A stretch of DNA of 64,000 nucleotides from a virus: the IMG/VR virus record IMGVR_UViG_3300031565_000014, positions 1 to 64,000 of that record; one strand, written 5' to 3'. The translations under genes and the position numbers were made by a program. Each line of letters opens with the position of its first letter. The first letter of the stretch is position 1. Below, in pieces: positions 38,501 to 47,681 of the stretch. The notes below the pieces were generated by a model. It did not search any database and was not told the origin of the DNA. It saw nothing but the letters and a program-made list of their open reading frames with translations.

Positions 38501-41500
38501 TATCTGCCTCTTCAGGAGAATTTTTATATTCTTCAAACATAGGTGTACCCATAACTTCATTTATAGGCATAGAATGTCTTAAATATTCTCTTTCTATTAC
38601 AAAATTCTCATATTCTTGCTCGCTATTCTTACCTTCATGAGTAAAAGTAAATAAAGGTACAGGAGCTAACCCAAGTTTAAAATATTCAGATGCATTTGTA
38701 AAGTCTTTTCTTTTATATTGTTCTCTAATTTTATCCTTAGAAATATATAAAACTTTGTCAAGCACAGCAGCACCATATTTTAAATTAGATATTTCTTTTT
38801 TAGTTAAACTTGTTTTAGTAGCTAAACTTTTATAAAAATCTTTAGATCTAGATTCTAATAAACTATTTTGTAATAAATATTTAATTAAATTATTTCTGTA
38901 AGCTTCTACATATTTTGCTTGATTACCTTTACCAAAAGTTTCTCTAAGCGTTGTTTGAAACCCAGGATCAGACGTAATAGACTTTATTTTATCATTTAAA
39001 GTTTTGTCATTTCTAAGAATTAACACTTGAGACCATAAATCTGATTGAAAGTCAGATATATTAAAAGTACCAATAGGCGAACCTTCTAATAAACTATCTA
39101 CAAATTCTTCAGCGTAGATTTTTCCTGTTCTTAAAGAAGGTATGTTTGCTTCTTTTTGGTGTATATCATATAATGTTCTAGATACAGTTGTATCATAGTT
39201 CATATGTAACTTAAGTTGTGTTAAATCTTCTGCTATATTTTGTAATTCAATAAAATGTAGAAAAGCCCCAAATGCGTCTTTTTTATCTTTTTCAGATAAA
39301 CTTTCAACATTTATAGATACTAATGAAGAAGTTTTAATAGCATTTTCACCTATTAGCTCTTTACGTCTATCTTGTATTTGTTTTAAAAACTCAGTGTCAT
39401 ATGCTGGATTTTTAAGTTTTTCTGTTTTAAAGTTATCACTATCGTATTTTTTAAGTATATCATTTAATGCTTTAATTTTAGGATTACCTTGAGTAAAATT
39501 AGATCCTTCATGCGCTTCAACAAATAAAGATTCATAATAGTTTTGAGACTCTACGTATTCTTTTACATAAGGGTTAGAAACAAAATCAGCCGCTTTATCA
39601 AAAGGTACACCAGCCATAACTAACATAACTAATGTAGGTTCTACTTTCTTATTACCTTGTACATTAAAAATCCAAGCATCCTTTTCTATATCTACCCAAC
39701 CATTAATTAATAAGTTAAGTATATAAAAAATATCTTCTCCTTCTGTATCTTTTAATCTAGATAAATCTATTCCTCCGTTTTTAGCAACGTTATGTGGTAA
39801 CAATAAATTGAGAGCAATATCACTTTGCGTTTTAATAATTTCACCATCTTTATCTTTAGTATCTAACATCATATAAGGATTAAGGTGGAACCCTATTCTA
39901 TTAAACTCAGATTTAAAAGTTAAATCAATAGCTGCTTGACCTAAAGTGGCCATTCCTTCATTATTTTTACGATGCTTATCTAAATTATAACTGGAGAGCA
40001 ATATCTGAAATGCATGTATTCCTTTTTTAGCGTGATCTTGGTCTATTAAACTTTGAGAGGAGTTATAGCTCATAAATTTACCTAATTCATTAGCCTTATT
40101 TTTAACAGTATCACCATCAATAGAGGTAATTAAATTTGCAAAATTATCAGGTTTAAGTAGTATATCAGTTAAAACATCTACTAAACTTGTTTGGATAGCT
40201 GCTGCTGAAGAATTAGCTAGATTAAGTTTAACTTTATTAATTTCTTCTTTAGTATTTGCTATATCTTCTTTTATTTTTTGAGTCTTTTCAGTAGCGTCAA
40301 GTTCAAATAATTCATTTCTATCACTAAGTAGATTAGTAATATGGTCATTAAGTTTTTCTATATTATTTTCTACATAGGCTATTTCGTCATTAACATTTTC
40401 TGTAACACTTCTAAGTTTTAATAACTCAAGCTCTTCTTTAGCTAATTTAACTTTACTGTTAAGATCACTTATTGATTCTTTAAACTCATTATATATTTCA
40501 GATTTAGCTGCAATTACTTCAGGAGTAACTTCATTGTATAATGTTTCGTATAATTCTTTTTGCTTTTCTATTAACTCACTTAAATTATTTTTAAGAGATT
40601 GTGTACTATCTTTTATACTTTTATCATATTTATATTTATGTGTTTTACCGTCTAAGTTCATTAAACTTGGCATCATTATAAACATTTTGTCAACGTCAAA
40701 ATCTGAACCTGTTTTAGCTACTATTTCTGATGGTGCTATAATAATATTACCTGCATGTGTTGGTAAGAACTCAGCTATCTCCATTACATCCATAGAATTA
40801 AGACCTTGAGTTGGTATCCTTACGCCCACCATAGTAAGGATCTCTTTATTTTCAGAGATCCATTCTTTGTCTTCAATTAAAAGATTTAAAGCTTTAAGTG
40901 TAGATATATTTTCATCTTTTGCTTTCTTAAGAACATCAGCTCTAAGTAGTAAGTGCTTAAATTTACCTTGCATTGAAATTTTTACCTGCATAGCTTTAGT
41001 TCCCGTTTTGGGATCATAGCTATAAAATTTAAGACCGTTAGTACCGTATTCTTCTTTTTCTGCCTTAGTAGCATTTCTAGGCATGTCATTGTCAGTTAAA
41101 ATACTAGATGACGCTTGAATAAGAGGTTCTCCTGCTACTTTAGGCTTAACTATACGCTTATTAGCTAAAGATACTAAAGCTGTTTCTATTTTCTCAGCAG
41201 AAGGTGAAAAAGATAAATCTACTTTTAAATTTCCATTTTTATCTACCTGTATAAATTCTAGCTCATTGTCTCCTAAGTCTCTTTCAGATAATTCAGTCTG
41301 TATAGCATTAGTAAGATTTTCTAAACCCTTTTTAGAAAATGTTTTAACACCATCTTCATTTGTAGTATACTCTAAACCTAATTCTTCTATTAAATCTTCT
41401 TTATTTTTAGCAACTAATGCATCAAGTAAACTTTGATATTTTTCTGCAAGAACTTTATTTTCTTCAGAGGTACTATCACCCCCGTCAAACATACCAATAG

Positions 41501-44500
41501 TGACTAACTTACGCATTTGAGTAGGTAAAGTAGTTTTACCTTTGTATTTTTCATTTACGTCTGTTTGATCTTTTAGATATGCTAAAAATATTTCATTAAC
41601 TGTAAAGGGTAAAGTCTCTTTTAATTCTCTTGAATTATCAAAATCTTTATATATTACATCAGGTTTTCCGTTGGAAGTAACTGAGTTTATTTTAGAAGCA
41701 GATTCAAATATAGTATAATCTATACCTTGCTCCATCATTTGATCATGAAGTTTGTCAGCATTTTCACCAAACACTCCAGGAATTAATGGCAGTAAACTAT
41801 ATTTATGAAATGCTTGCAATGATATAGATCTATTTGAAGCTGGGTCTAAGTTATTAGCTAATGGCCCATAATATTGATACTTTCTTGGAGGAAAATATTT
41901 AACTACATCGTCAGTGTTTATATCTTCTTTATTAACTATTTTTTGAAATAACGTTTCTTGTTTATTCCAGTCCCACTTACCGCTAATAATAGATAATGTT
42001 CTATATGTATCTAATGACATATACCCCTGAGCATCTCCCTCAGTCATTTTCAAATAAGCTTCTAATCTTCTTTCTGTATCAACTTTGCTATAACCAAAAT
42101 CTTCAGTTAAAGTTTTAAACATGGCGTCATAAGCTGTAGATCTTACGTTGTTATCAGCTATTACAGATGTTCTAAGCTTACCGTCCCAAGAAGTAGATTT
42201 AGTAAATCCTTTAGATTCTGCTAAAGGTCTACCTACACTAGTATTTACAAACTCATTCGTACTTACATCATTGGAAAATTGTACACCTCCTGAAGCTATA
42301 GCTCCAATACGTTTATGAAAATCTTCTTTAGCCATATTAAACTGAGCAGGATCACCATATAATAACCCGAGCATGTCTAAATTTCTTAAAACATAATTAT
42401 AAGAAAATGCTTTAACTGCTAAATTTTTAGCTACATGACCTTTAGCCCCAGTTCTTAGCTCTATTTTTTGTCGTAAATTATCAGAAATATAAGGCATTTT
42501 ATTAAAATCATTCATGTCAAGATCTACAGCCTTAGACATAAATAATGATAAATCATTATAAATCATATCTCTAATAGCAGCTAATTCGCTATTATCTAAA
42601 ACACCACTATTCATAGATTGCTCTAATGTTACAATCTCTGTTGATGGATCACTAATATTATAATAATTTTTTATAGTTTCTTTTGTCTCATCGCTAAGTA
42701 TTTTATCAAATAAAACAAAGTCTTTACCATTCTCATAAAAATTACTTGAATTACTAATATTACTGTAAGGACTATCTTTTTTATTAAACTCAATCATTCT
42801 AGCTATTTCAGCATCTATAAAAGGAATAACCATTGCTGTAAATTGCTCATTAGCTATACTTAAGTTAGCTTCTTTAAAGTTTTCTAAGTCTATATATAAA
42901 TATTTATCTTGATTACTATCATTAACATTTCTTATTACAACAGCTGTAGCAGTAGATTTAGTACCATAACGCATTTGTTCAGATGCCCCTTTTAATAGAA
43001 GGTAATTCATGTTTTCTATTAATTTGTCACCTTGTGTTAATTTATTAGTTTTTTCACCGTTCTCATGGACAGACTCAGCAGTATTTGAAACGCCTAATAA
43101 TTCTTTACTTTCTATGCTACTATCTTTTCTTCTTTTACCGCTAGTATCAAACATAGCTCGTTTAGTCATACTAGCTGAAGCCCAAGCATAGTCTGGTCCT
43201 AAATGATGTAATTCTTCAATAGTATCTACAGTTTGATGCTTACCATTAAGTTGGTCAACATGTTCTACACTATTTAGTAAATTAATCATTACTGTCTGTG
43301 TAGAGAAAGTTTTATTAGTATAAACAGGATTATTACTAGCATCAGGCACCATAGCCACACTTACTGTAGGTGAGTTTTTTGCTATGATTTTTGCTATACT
43401 TTTTAAATGCTTATTATCATCACTAAATATTTCACTTAATGACCTATACATTTTAGGTTCATAGTCAGTACCTTCTTTTTCAGCCTTTTCTTTTTTCTTT
43501 AAATTATTTTCATGAGACTTAACTAAAGACCGTAATAAAAAATTTAAATTTAGTTTTGAATCCCCTTTTCCTTGAGTAGCTTCTCTTAACTCTTTAGCTA
43601 GTTCACTATTATAACCTATATCTGATAAGTCAAAACCTATATCTGTAAGAAATCCTACTATTCTAGTGCCCTCTATAAAATCTACTTTATGTTCACCGTG
43701 TTGTGGACTGAACTTTCTATATTTATCATAAATAGCTTCAAGATCTAAAATATTCCCATATCTAGGATCTTTAATAATCATGTGTTTACTAGGATCTGCT
43801 GTTTTAAATGCGTTATCAAGATTATTTACAGTTTTATCTACAATAGCATCATTATGTTTATGTATTAAATCATGTGTAACTATTCCATCATCATTTTTGT
43901 GTTTTCTATTTAAAGTGACTGAAACAGGTGTTGAATTTAAACCAAAAGACTTATGGAATTCAAACCATGTAGCAGCTGTACTAATATTAATATCTTTAGT
44001 ATTTCCTAATCTAGCTAGCAATATATTAACTATATTACTATATGGTTTAGTAGATTTAGCATAAGAATCTAAAACTTCATACATGGCATCAATACCTCTT
44101 GTATCTGTAAGTAAGTTAGTTAATAAAGTACTTACTTGAAAACTATCTGCAAGCATAGGTACACCAAATCTATCTAATCTAAAGTTTCCTTCTGAGTCTA
44201 CAAAAGGTAGTGTAGACATTAAATAGTCTATTATGTCTGTTCTATAATTACTTGGGTCTACATTAGACTTACTAAGTAACTCTACTCCAAGGTCTTTATC
44301 GGCAACTTCTTCATCAATATTTTCAGCTAATTTTTCTTTTTTAGATTCTTTTGATGATATATTATTACCAAATATAGAATTAGCAAGATGATGATCAGCT
44401 ATTAATTTAAAATTATTTAATACTTGTTCAAAAATTTCTTGTGTTCTACCTGTAGCATCTTCCGGGTAGTTTTTGTTATTATATTTATCTAATAAACTAT

Positions 44501-47500
44501 TATAAGCATTAGCATAAGCGTTATTTCTTATTGCACTACTTTTGAAAAACTGAGTAGTAAACTTATTAGTGTCGTTCATCTTATTTTTTAAGTCAAGATA
44601 TTCAGACATCATAGAGTCAAACATTGACATTACTTGTTTAGTTTCATCTTTACTAAGATTAATATTAGCACTTGATGGTGCTATTATTTTACCTTTGTTG
44701 AGTTTACCAAACATCATGTTACTAACACTAGCATTATATTCGTTTAAATTACCAACTCTAAGTTTATCATAAAGTTCTTTAACAGAATTTTGTGTGTTAA
44801 TGGTGCTATAGTCTATTGCTTTAGTCCCTTTAAAAAAGTTTTTTAAGAAGTTTAAAATTCTTTTAAATATATTATTAGTTGCAGTTCTACCTTTAAAGAC
44901 TTTAGTACCATCTGATAACATGTAAGATCTAAAATCTTCAGCTAAGAATTCTTCTATTTCTAAATAACTAGCATCTTTAAATTTAACTTGTTGTCCATTA
45001 TGATTAGTAAAACTACCGGATAACTTACTTACTTCATTGTATAATTTAGTTTTATCTCCAACAGTTAAAAATAATTGAGAAAAAGCATGCCATGATTCAT
45101 GATATAAATCTGTAAAATTACTTCCATTAAATAATGTTATTCCAGCAGAGCTAAATGTAGCGTATGCGTCAGAATTAACTATATTAAATGCTTGTTTGTA
45201 ACCTAGTAGTTTATTAATATCTGAAGATTCATACCATTTTTGAGCCTTCTCTATTTGTTCTTTAGTTACACCTGAGTCTAATTTTTTAGATCTCATTAAT
45301 TCATCAGGGTCTACTTCCGTCTCTGTAAAAGGGTTAGGTGTAAATTTAGTTTTAGCTTTAACTTCATTAGTTTGTTGTGTTGGTTTAGATAACTCTCCCC
45401 CTTTATATGGAGCAACTCTATTCTTCTTTTTTAATTCCGTTGCTATAAGTTCTAATAATTGTTTTTTCGCAACACTCATGGAAGCTCCCATACCTCTAAG
45501 CATATCTTCAACACCTTTTTCTCCAGCTTCTTTTAATCTTTTTCTTTCAGCATTAAGTATATCTAATTTCTTTTTATAATCAGCATATTCAGCAGTTTTA
45601 CTTAAATCTACTGATATTGGATAGAAAGTTTTACCGTCTACATCATCTATAGACAATTCTATTACTCCATTATTATCTTTTCTAATAGTATTTTGGTGTG
45701 TATTAAAGACTATGCTTTTTCCTCCTTTTGATATATCAGCTTGTTTATAACTTTTACCATAGCCTGACATGTCTATTGGAGAATATATTATTTCAACCTC
45801 ATTAGTTTGTTGTGCTGTCGAAGTCGTTAGAATAGGGCCTGCAGTAGTACCATAAGGAGTTGTCTGGGTCATAGTACCCGCAGTCTCATTTATTTCTTTA
45901 GTTTCTTCTTGAATAGCTTGATCTGAAGGAGTAAATTTAAAATATGGGTGTTTTCTAAAAATAACCTTTTTACCCTTATAATTAAGTGTTTCATTAGTAG
46001 TATAAGCGTTTTGAATTATGAAGTCATCATAACTCATTGTTTCCATAGTTATCTCGTTATTTTCTACTTTAATAGGAGCACTAATATTTTTCCCTATAAA
46101 ACTACTTAATATATTAATTCTATTTTTTTGATTTTTAGTTACCCCGTCTACTACTTCCCCATCACCTAAAGGAGAATTAAAAAAACTATCTTTCAAGTAT
46201 TCAGGTGTAACATTAATTTCAGCAACATTTTTGCCTTTAACATTAGTGACTAGTCTAATGTTTGTAGGAAGAACTTCTTTTGAATTATAGTCGTATTTAA
46301 AATATAATTGATCACCAACTAATGTAGTTAATATCTCATGTCTTTCTTTTGCATTAAGTACTTTGTTTTTACCTAATTTTCTTGGATTAGAAAGAGCTGG
46401 GTTAAAAAGTAATTCTGAAATTATATTTTGTTGAGCTTGTGTAAGTTTATTTTGTCTTACGGTAATATTATCTTGCTTATTAGGATTAGTTAACGTAATC
46501 TGGTAAACACCACGTTTAACTTCTGTAAGAGCATATCCTTGATATGTTTCAGAAAAATCAACATCCTTAAGTTGTGTTTTACTTTTTTCTCCTAAGTTTA
46601 CTATAGGAAATCCTTCACTTAAATATTCTATGTCTAGTAAAATAGCTTTACCGGACTCTAAAAGCTTATTTTGGAGCTCTACAAGCTTGTTATATTCATC
46701 TTGTATATATTTAGATGCTTCTTTACTATTTATCTTCTTAGAATGCGCTATTTCTTTTGGCGTTTGTATAGTAGATGCTCTTTGTCTAACACCATCAACT
46801 ATTACGTCAAATTCTTTACCTTCTTTTATTTCTTTTTTTAATGAAGTATGTGTCCAGTTACCGTCGGTATCTTTAACAGGTTTTCTTGTTTTAAAATAAA
46901 TAGCCTTGTAGCCTTCTTTTTTTTCTTTTGAAATATTGTAGTTTTCATCAAAATATAAAGTATTACCTTCATTATCTGTAACTACTACATTTGCTGCTTT
47001 ATTAAATTCTTCAGGATTCTTTTCTTTAAAGTCTTTATCTTGCTCATAAAGATCATTACTTTTTTCAAGTTCTTCTGATGTTACCATCTTTAATCTGAAA
47101 CCTGTATGACCATTATAAGTTAATGTTGTAAAATCAGGATTACCTGGGAATTCAGAACTAAGCTTTCTTAATAAACCATAAGCGTAAAATCCTTCACTAT
47201 TTACATTGCCATATGAAGCTTCCCAAAAGTAAGTAACATTAGGTGTTTCAGGTCTATCAGAAGCTTTAGTAACTTCTTTAGGTGGTTCAACTGCTTCAAC
47301 TCTTTTATTAGTTGGTACAGCTGCATCTATCTTACTTCTATTAACAGCAATTTGTACTGGAGTTAATGTAGACTCTAAGTACTCTACTATTTTAGTAGGA
47401 TCTTGAAATAAAGTAGCTGTTTCACTAATCTCATTAAAGTTATCTTTAAAATAAGATAGAAACTCACTATCATCAACCATTGCTTGAAGAGCATACATAG

Positions 47501-47681
47501 GCATAATATGTACAGCTTCTAAGGCAAGTTCATGACCTACTTCTTCTGCTAAACTATTATACTGATTTTGTAATAAACTCTTTAAGTTTAAGAGTTGATT
47601 ATTATCAACTAAAGTTTGTAATTCTTTATACACACTAGCGTATACGTATTCTAAAGCTTCATCTCCTAATGCACAAATCAT
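35556..47681 (-). CDS. Virion RNA polymerase (crAss-type) fused to accessory zincin domains
   Basis: Catalytic GSDFDVDK (40689-40703) preceded by GVRIPTQG; HExxH motifs at ~45090, ~37610 and ~37050. Confidence 0.88.
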   Translation of the reverse strand: MICALGDEALEYVYASVYKELQTLVDNNQLLNLKSLLQNQYNSLAEEVGHELALEAVHIMPMYALQAMVDDSEFLSYFKDNFNEISETATLFQDPTKIVEYLESTLTPVQIAVNRSKIDAAVPTNKRVEAVEPPKEVTKASDRPETPNVTYFWEASYGNVNSEGFYAYGLLRKLSSEFPGNPDFTTLTYNGHTGFRLKMVTSEELEKSNDLYEQDKDFKEKNPEEFNKAANVVVTDNEGNTLYFDENYNISKEKKEGYKAIYFKTRKPVKDTDGNWTHTSLKKEIKEGKEFDVIVDGVRQRASTIQTPKEIAHSKKINSKEASKYIQDEYNKLVELQNKLLESGKAILLDIEYLSEGFPIVNLGEKSKTQLKDVDFSETYQGYALTEVKRGVYQITLTNPNKQDNITVRQNKLTQAQQNIISELLFNPALSNPRKLGKNKVLNAKERHEILTTLVGDQLYFKYDYNSKEVLPTNIRLVTNVKGKNVAEINVTPEYLKDSFFNSPLGDGEVVDGVTKNQKNRINILSSFIGKNISAPIKVENNEITMETMSYDDFIIQNAYTTNETLNYKGKKVIFRKHPYFKFTPSDQAIQEETKEINETAGTMTQTTPYGTTAGPILTTSTAQQTNEVEIIYSPIDMSGYGKSYKQADISKGGKSIVFNTHQNTIRKDNNGVIELSIDDVDGKTFYPISVDLSKTAEYADYKKKLDILNAERKRLKEAGEKGVEDMLRGMGASMSVAKKQLLELIATELKKKNRVAPYKGGELSKPTQQTNEVKAKTKFTPNPFTETEVDPDELMRSKKLDSGVTKEQIEKAQKWYESSDINKLLGYKQAFNIVNSDAYATFSSAGITLFNGSNFTDLYHESWHAFSQLFLTVGDKTKLYNEVSKLSGSFTNHNGQQVKFKDASYLEIEEFLAEDFRSYMLSDGTKVFKGRTATNNIFKRILNFLKNFFKGTKAIDYSTINTQNSVKELYDKLRVGNLNEYNASVSNMMFGKLNKGKIIAPSSANINLSKDETKQVMSMFDSMMSEYLDLKNKMNDTNKFTTQFFKSSAIRNNAYANAYNSLLDKYNNKNYPEDATGRTQEIFEQVLNNFKLIADHHLANSIFGNNISSKESKKEKLAENIDEEVADKDLGVELLSKSNVDPSNYRTDIIDYLMSTLPFVDSEGNFRLDRFGVPMLADSFQVSTLLTNLLTDTRGIDAMYEVLDSYAKSTKPYSNIVNILLARLGNTKDINISTAATWFEFHKSFGLNSTPVSVTLNRKHKNDDGIVTHDLIHKHNDAIVDKTVNNLDNAFKTADPSKHMIIKDPRYGNILDLEAIYDKYRKFSPQHGEHKVDFIEGTRIVGFLTDIGFDLSDIGYNSELAKELREATQGKGDSKLNLNFLLRSLVKSHENNLKKKEKAEKEGTDYEPKMYRSLSEIFSDDNKHLKSIAKIIAKNSPTVSVAMVPDASNNPVYTNKTFSTQTVMINLLNSVEHVDQLNGKHQTVDTIEELHHLGPDYAWASASMTKRAMFDTSGKRRKDSSIESKELLGVSNTAESVHENGEKTNKLTQGDKLIENMNYLLLKGASEQMRYGTKSTATAVVIRNVNDSNQDKYLYIDLENFKEANLSIANEQFTAMVIPFIDAEIARMIEFNKKDSPYSNISNSSNFYENGKDFVLFDKILSDETKETIKNYYNISDPSTEIVTLEQSMNSGVLDNSELAAIRDMIYNDLSLFMSKAVDLDMNDFNKMPYISDNLRQKIELRTGAKGHVAKNLAVKAFSYNYVLRNLDMLGLLYGDPAQFNMAKEDFHKRIGAIASGGVQFSNDVSTNEFVNTSVGRPLAESKGFTKSTSWDGKLRTSVIADNNVRSTAYDAMFKTLTEDFGYSKVDTERRLEAYLKMTEGDAQGYMSLDTYRTLSIISGKWDWNKQETLFQKIVNKEDINTDDVVKYFPPRKYQYYGPLANNLDPASNRSISLQAFHKYSLLPLIPGVFGENADKLHDQMMEQGIDYTIFESASKINSVTSNGKPDVIYKDFDNSRELKETLPFTVNEIFLAYLKDQTDVNEKYKGKTTLPTQMRKLVTIGMFDGGDSTSEENKVLAEKYQSLLDALVAKNKEDLIEELGLEYTTNEDGVKTFSKKGLENLTNAIQTELSERDLGDNELEFIQVDKNGNLKVDLSFSPSAEKIETALVSLANKRIVKPKVAGEPLIQASSSILTDNDMPRNATKAEKEEYGTNGLKFYSYDPKTGTKAMQVKISMQGKFKHLLLRADVLKKAKDENISTLKALNLLIEDKEWISENKEILTMVGVRIPTQGLNSMDVMEIAEFLPTHAGNIIIAPSEIVAKTGSDFDVDKMFIMMPSLMNLDGKTHKYKYDKSIKDSTQSLKNNLSELIEKQKELYETLYNEVTPEVIAAKSEIYNEFKESISDLNSKVKLAKEELELLKLRSVTENVNDEIAYVENNIEKLNDHITNLLSDRNELFELDATEKTQKIKEDIANTKEEINKVKLNLANSSAAAIQTSLVDVLTDILLKPDNFANLITSIDGDTVKNKANELGKFMSYNSSQSLIDQDHAKKGIHAFQILLSSYNLDKHRKNNEGMATLGQAAIDLTFKSEFNRIGFHLNPYMMLDTKDKDGEIIKTQSDIALNLLLPHNVAKNGGIDLSRLKDTEGEDIFYILNLLINGWVDIEKDAWIFNVQGNKKVEPTLVMLVMAGVPFDKAADFVSNPYVKEYVESQNYYESLFVEAHEGSNFTQGNPKIKALNDILKKYDSDNFKTEKLKNPAYDTEFLKQIQDRRKELIGENAIKTSSLVSINVESLSEKDKKDAFGAFLHFIELQNIAEDLTQLKLHMNYDTTVSRTLYDIHQKEANIPSLRTGKIYAEEFVDSLLEGSPIGTFNISDFQSDLWSQVLILRNDKTLNDKIKSITSDPGFQTTLRETFGKGNQAKYVEAYRNNLIKYLLQNSLLESRSKDFYKSLATKTSLTKKEISNLKYGAAVLDKVLYISKDKIREQYKRKDFTNASEYFKLGLAPVPLFTFTHEGKNSEQEYENFVIEREYLRHSMPINEVMGTPMFEEYKNSPEEADNNFLHLLPGDNIENKINLLTYERIIRDMALSNIFNINSLFSSKTNTVADQFLRITKMYPELAEEYAVFTQFKELPTLNSDVKNIGPITSKPKGELVERVSENIKELQNHKDIFVRDFFTKLPMYAFLQSGHNTKSMNSILRYMPQGDFVQMLSNQINDVKVTTKILNSYTAKFNKVNRVDNKIRYKIQDYTVPNEKDDHISQINVIEISAYKGVPVKYSNNIRSKQNTRIAAKYSEGVILLDKELLLEGFSKKAWTSPRNLFETIHGEKINSKADALAPDTFTTYEEWQNFVIEHEYQHTLYTRKDFDNEFPGSTLGHYESVINQRALEALSTAEVESIPTTLVEDNNNYTVVPLAVENAFQIVRPDFTEEVENSVPKAELFESTPELANEVYEAAGFKSNLPSVLDYKIGKIYNTQGKEIFAGVVDGQVYINKELLDKYSNKEVLDNQLPILNTVLKNLNVYDRLVNGSKEQLVRFLVEHEKAHLDFEREGRKFKNEEVEEVYANGKALITIGILKSKDFDISGSNEAVIRLSKYFPTKEEYIDDMVELVAKAMDNATVDLSTITGYEVDVFKGSLWGKKLQTSSMDNFFFLQGKDGYPKNKGELKEAISKDIARNIPRSIKEKYWKEILKSLPDDEKALLSNWAYYNNIKFYTSQYGKPYFDFNKEKYPELNKEDKEKYTNWDSFISGIIGSFTGAGSDLWFANNLLADEEGSIIDWYKNLTPEKLDENIKNLSRAMAFKSMVVSSFERGSSISALDQNARKVESIKEAYYEIKQRTEVSPPQLTSTSLSQEITPQQKQEAQEKFQEYVNATGRQDIEGFKDFVNKPKQQATEVDKVTDEQIIKNNQSTTFVTEEATSFNNTYPMHIKNMGESLGEENFDYNKTLIDNIVSDLKELTEKGNPVSFFENYGVSLKNSAPKTYKYLNEQLAENFRLSNDPSNETKEVMPNILPREISDEVIQKGIQNEIQDAMDSLNNCKK

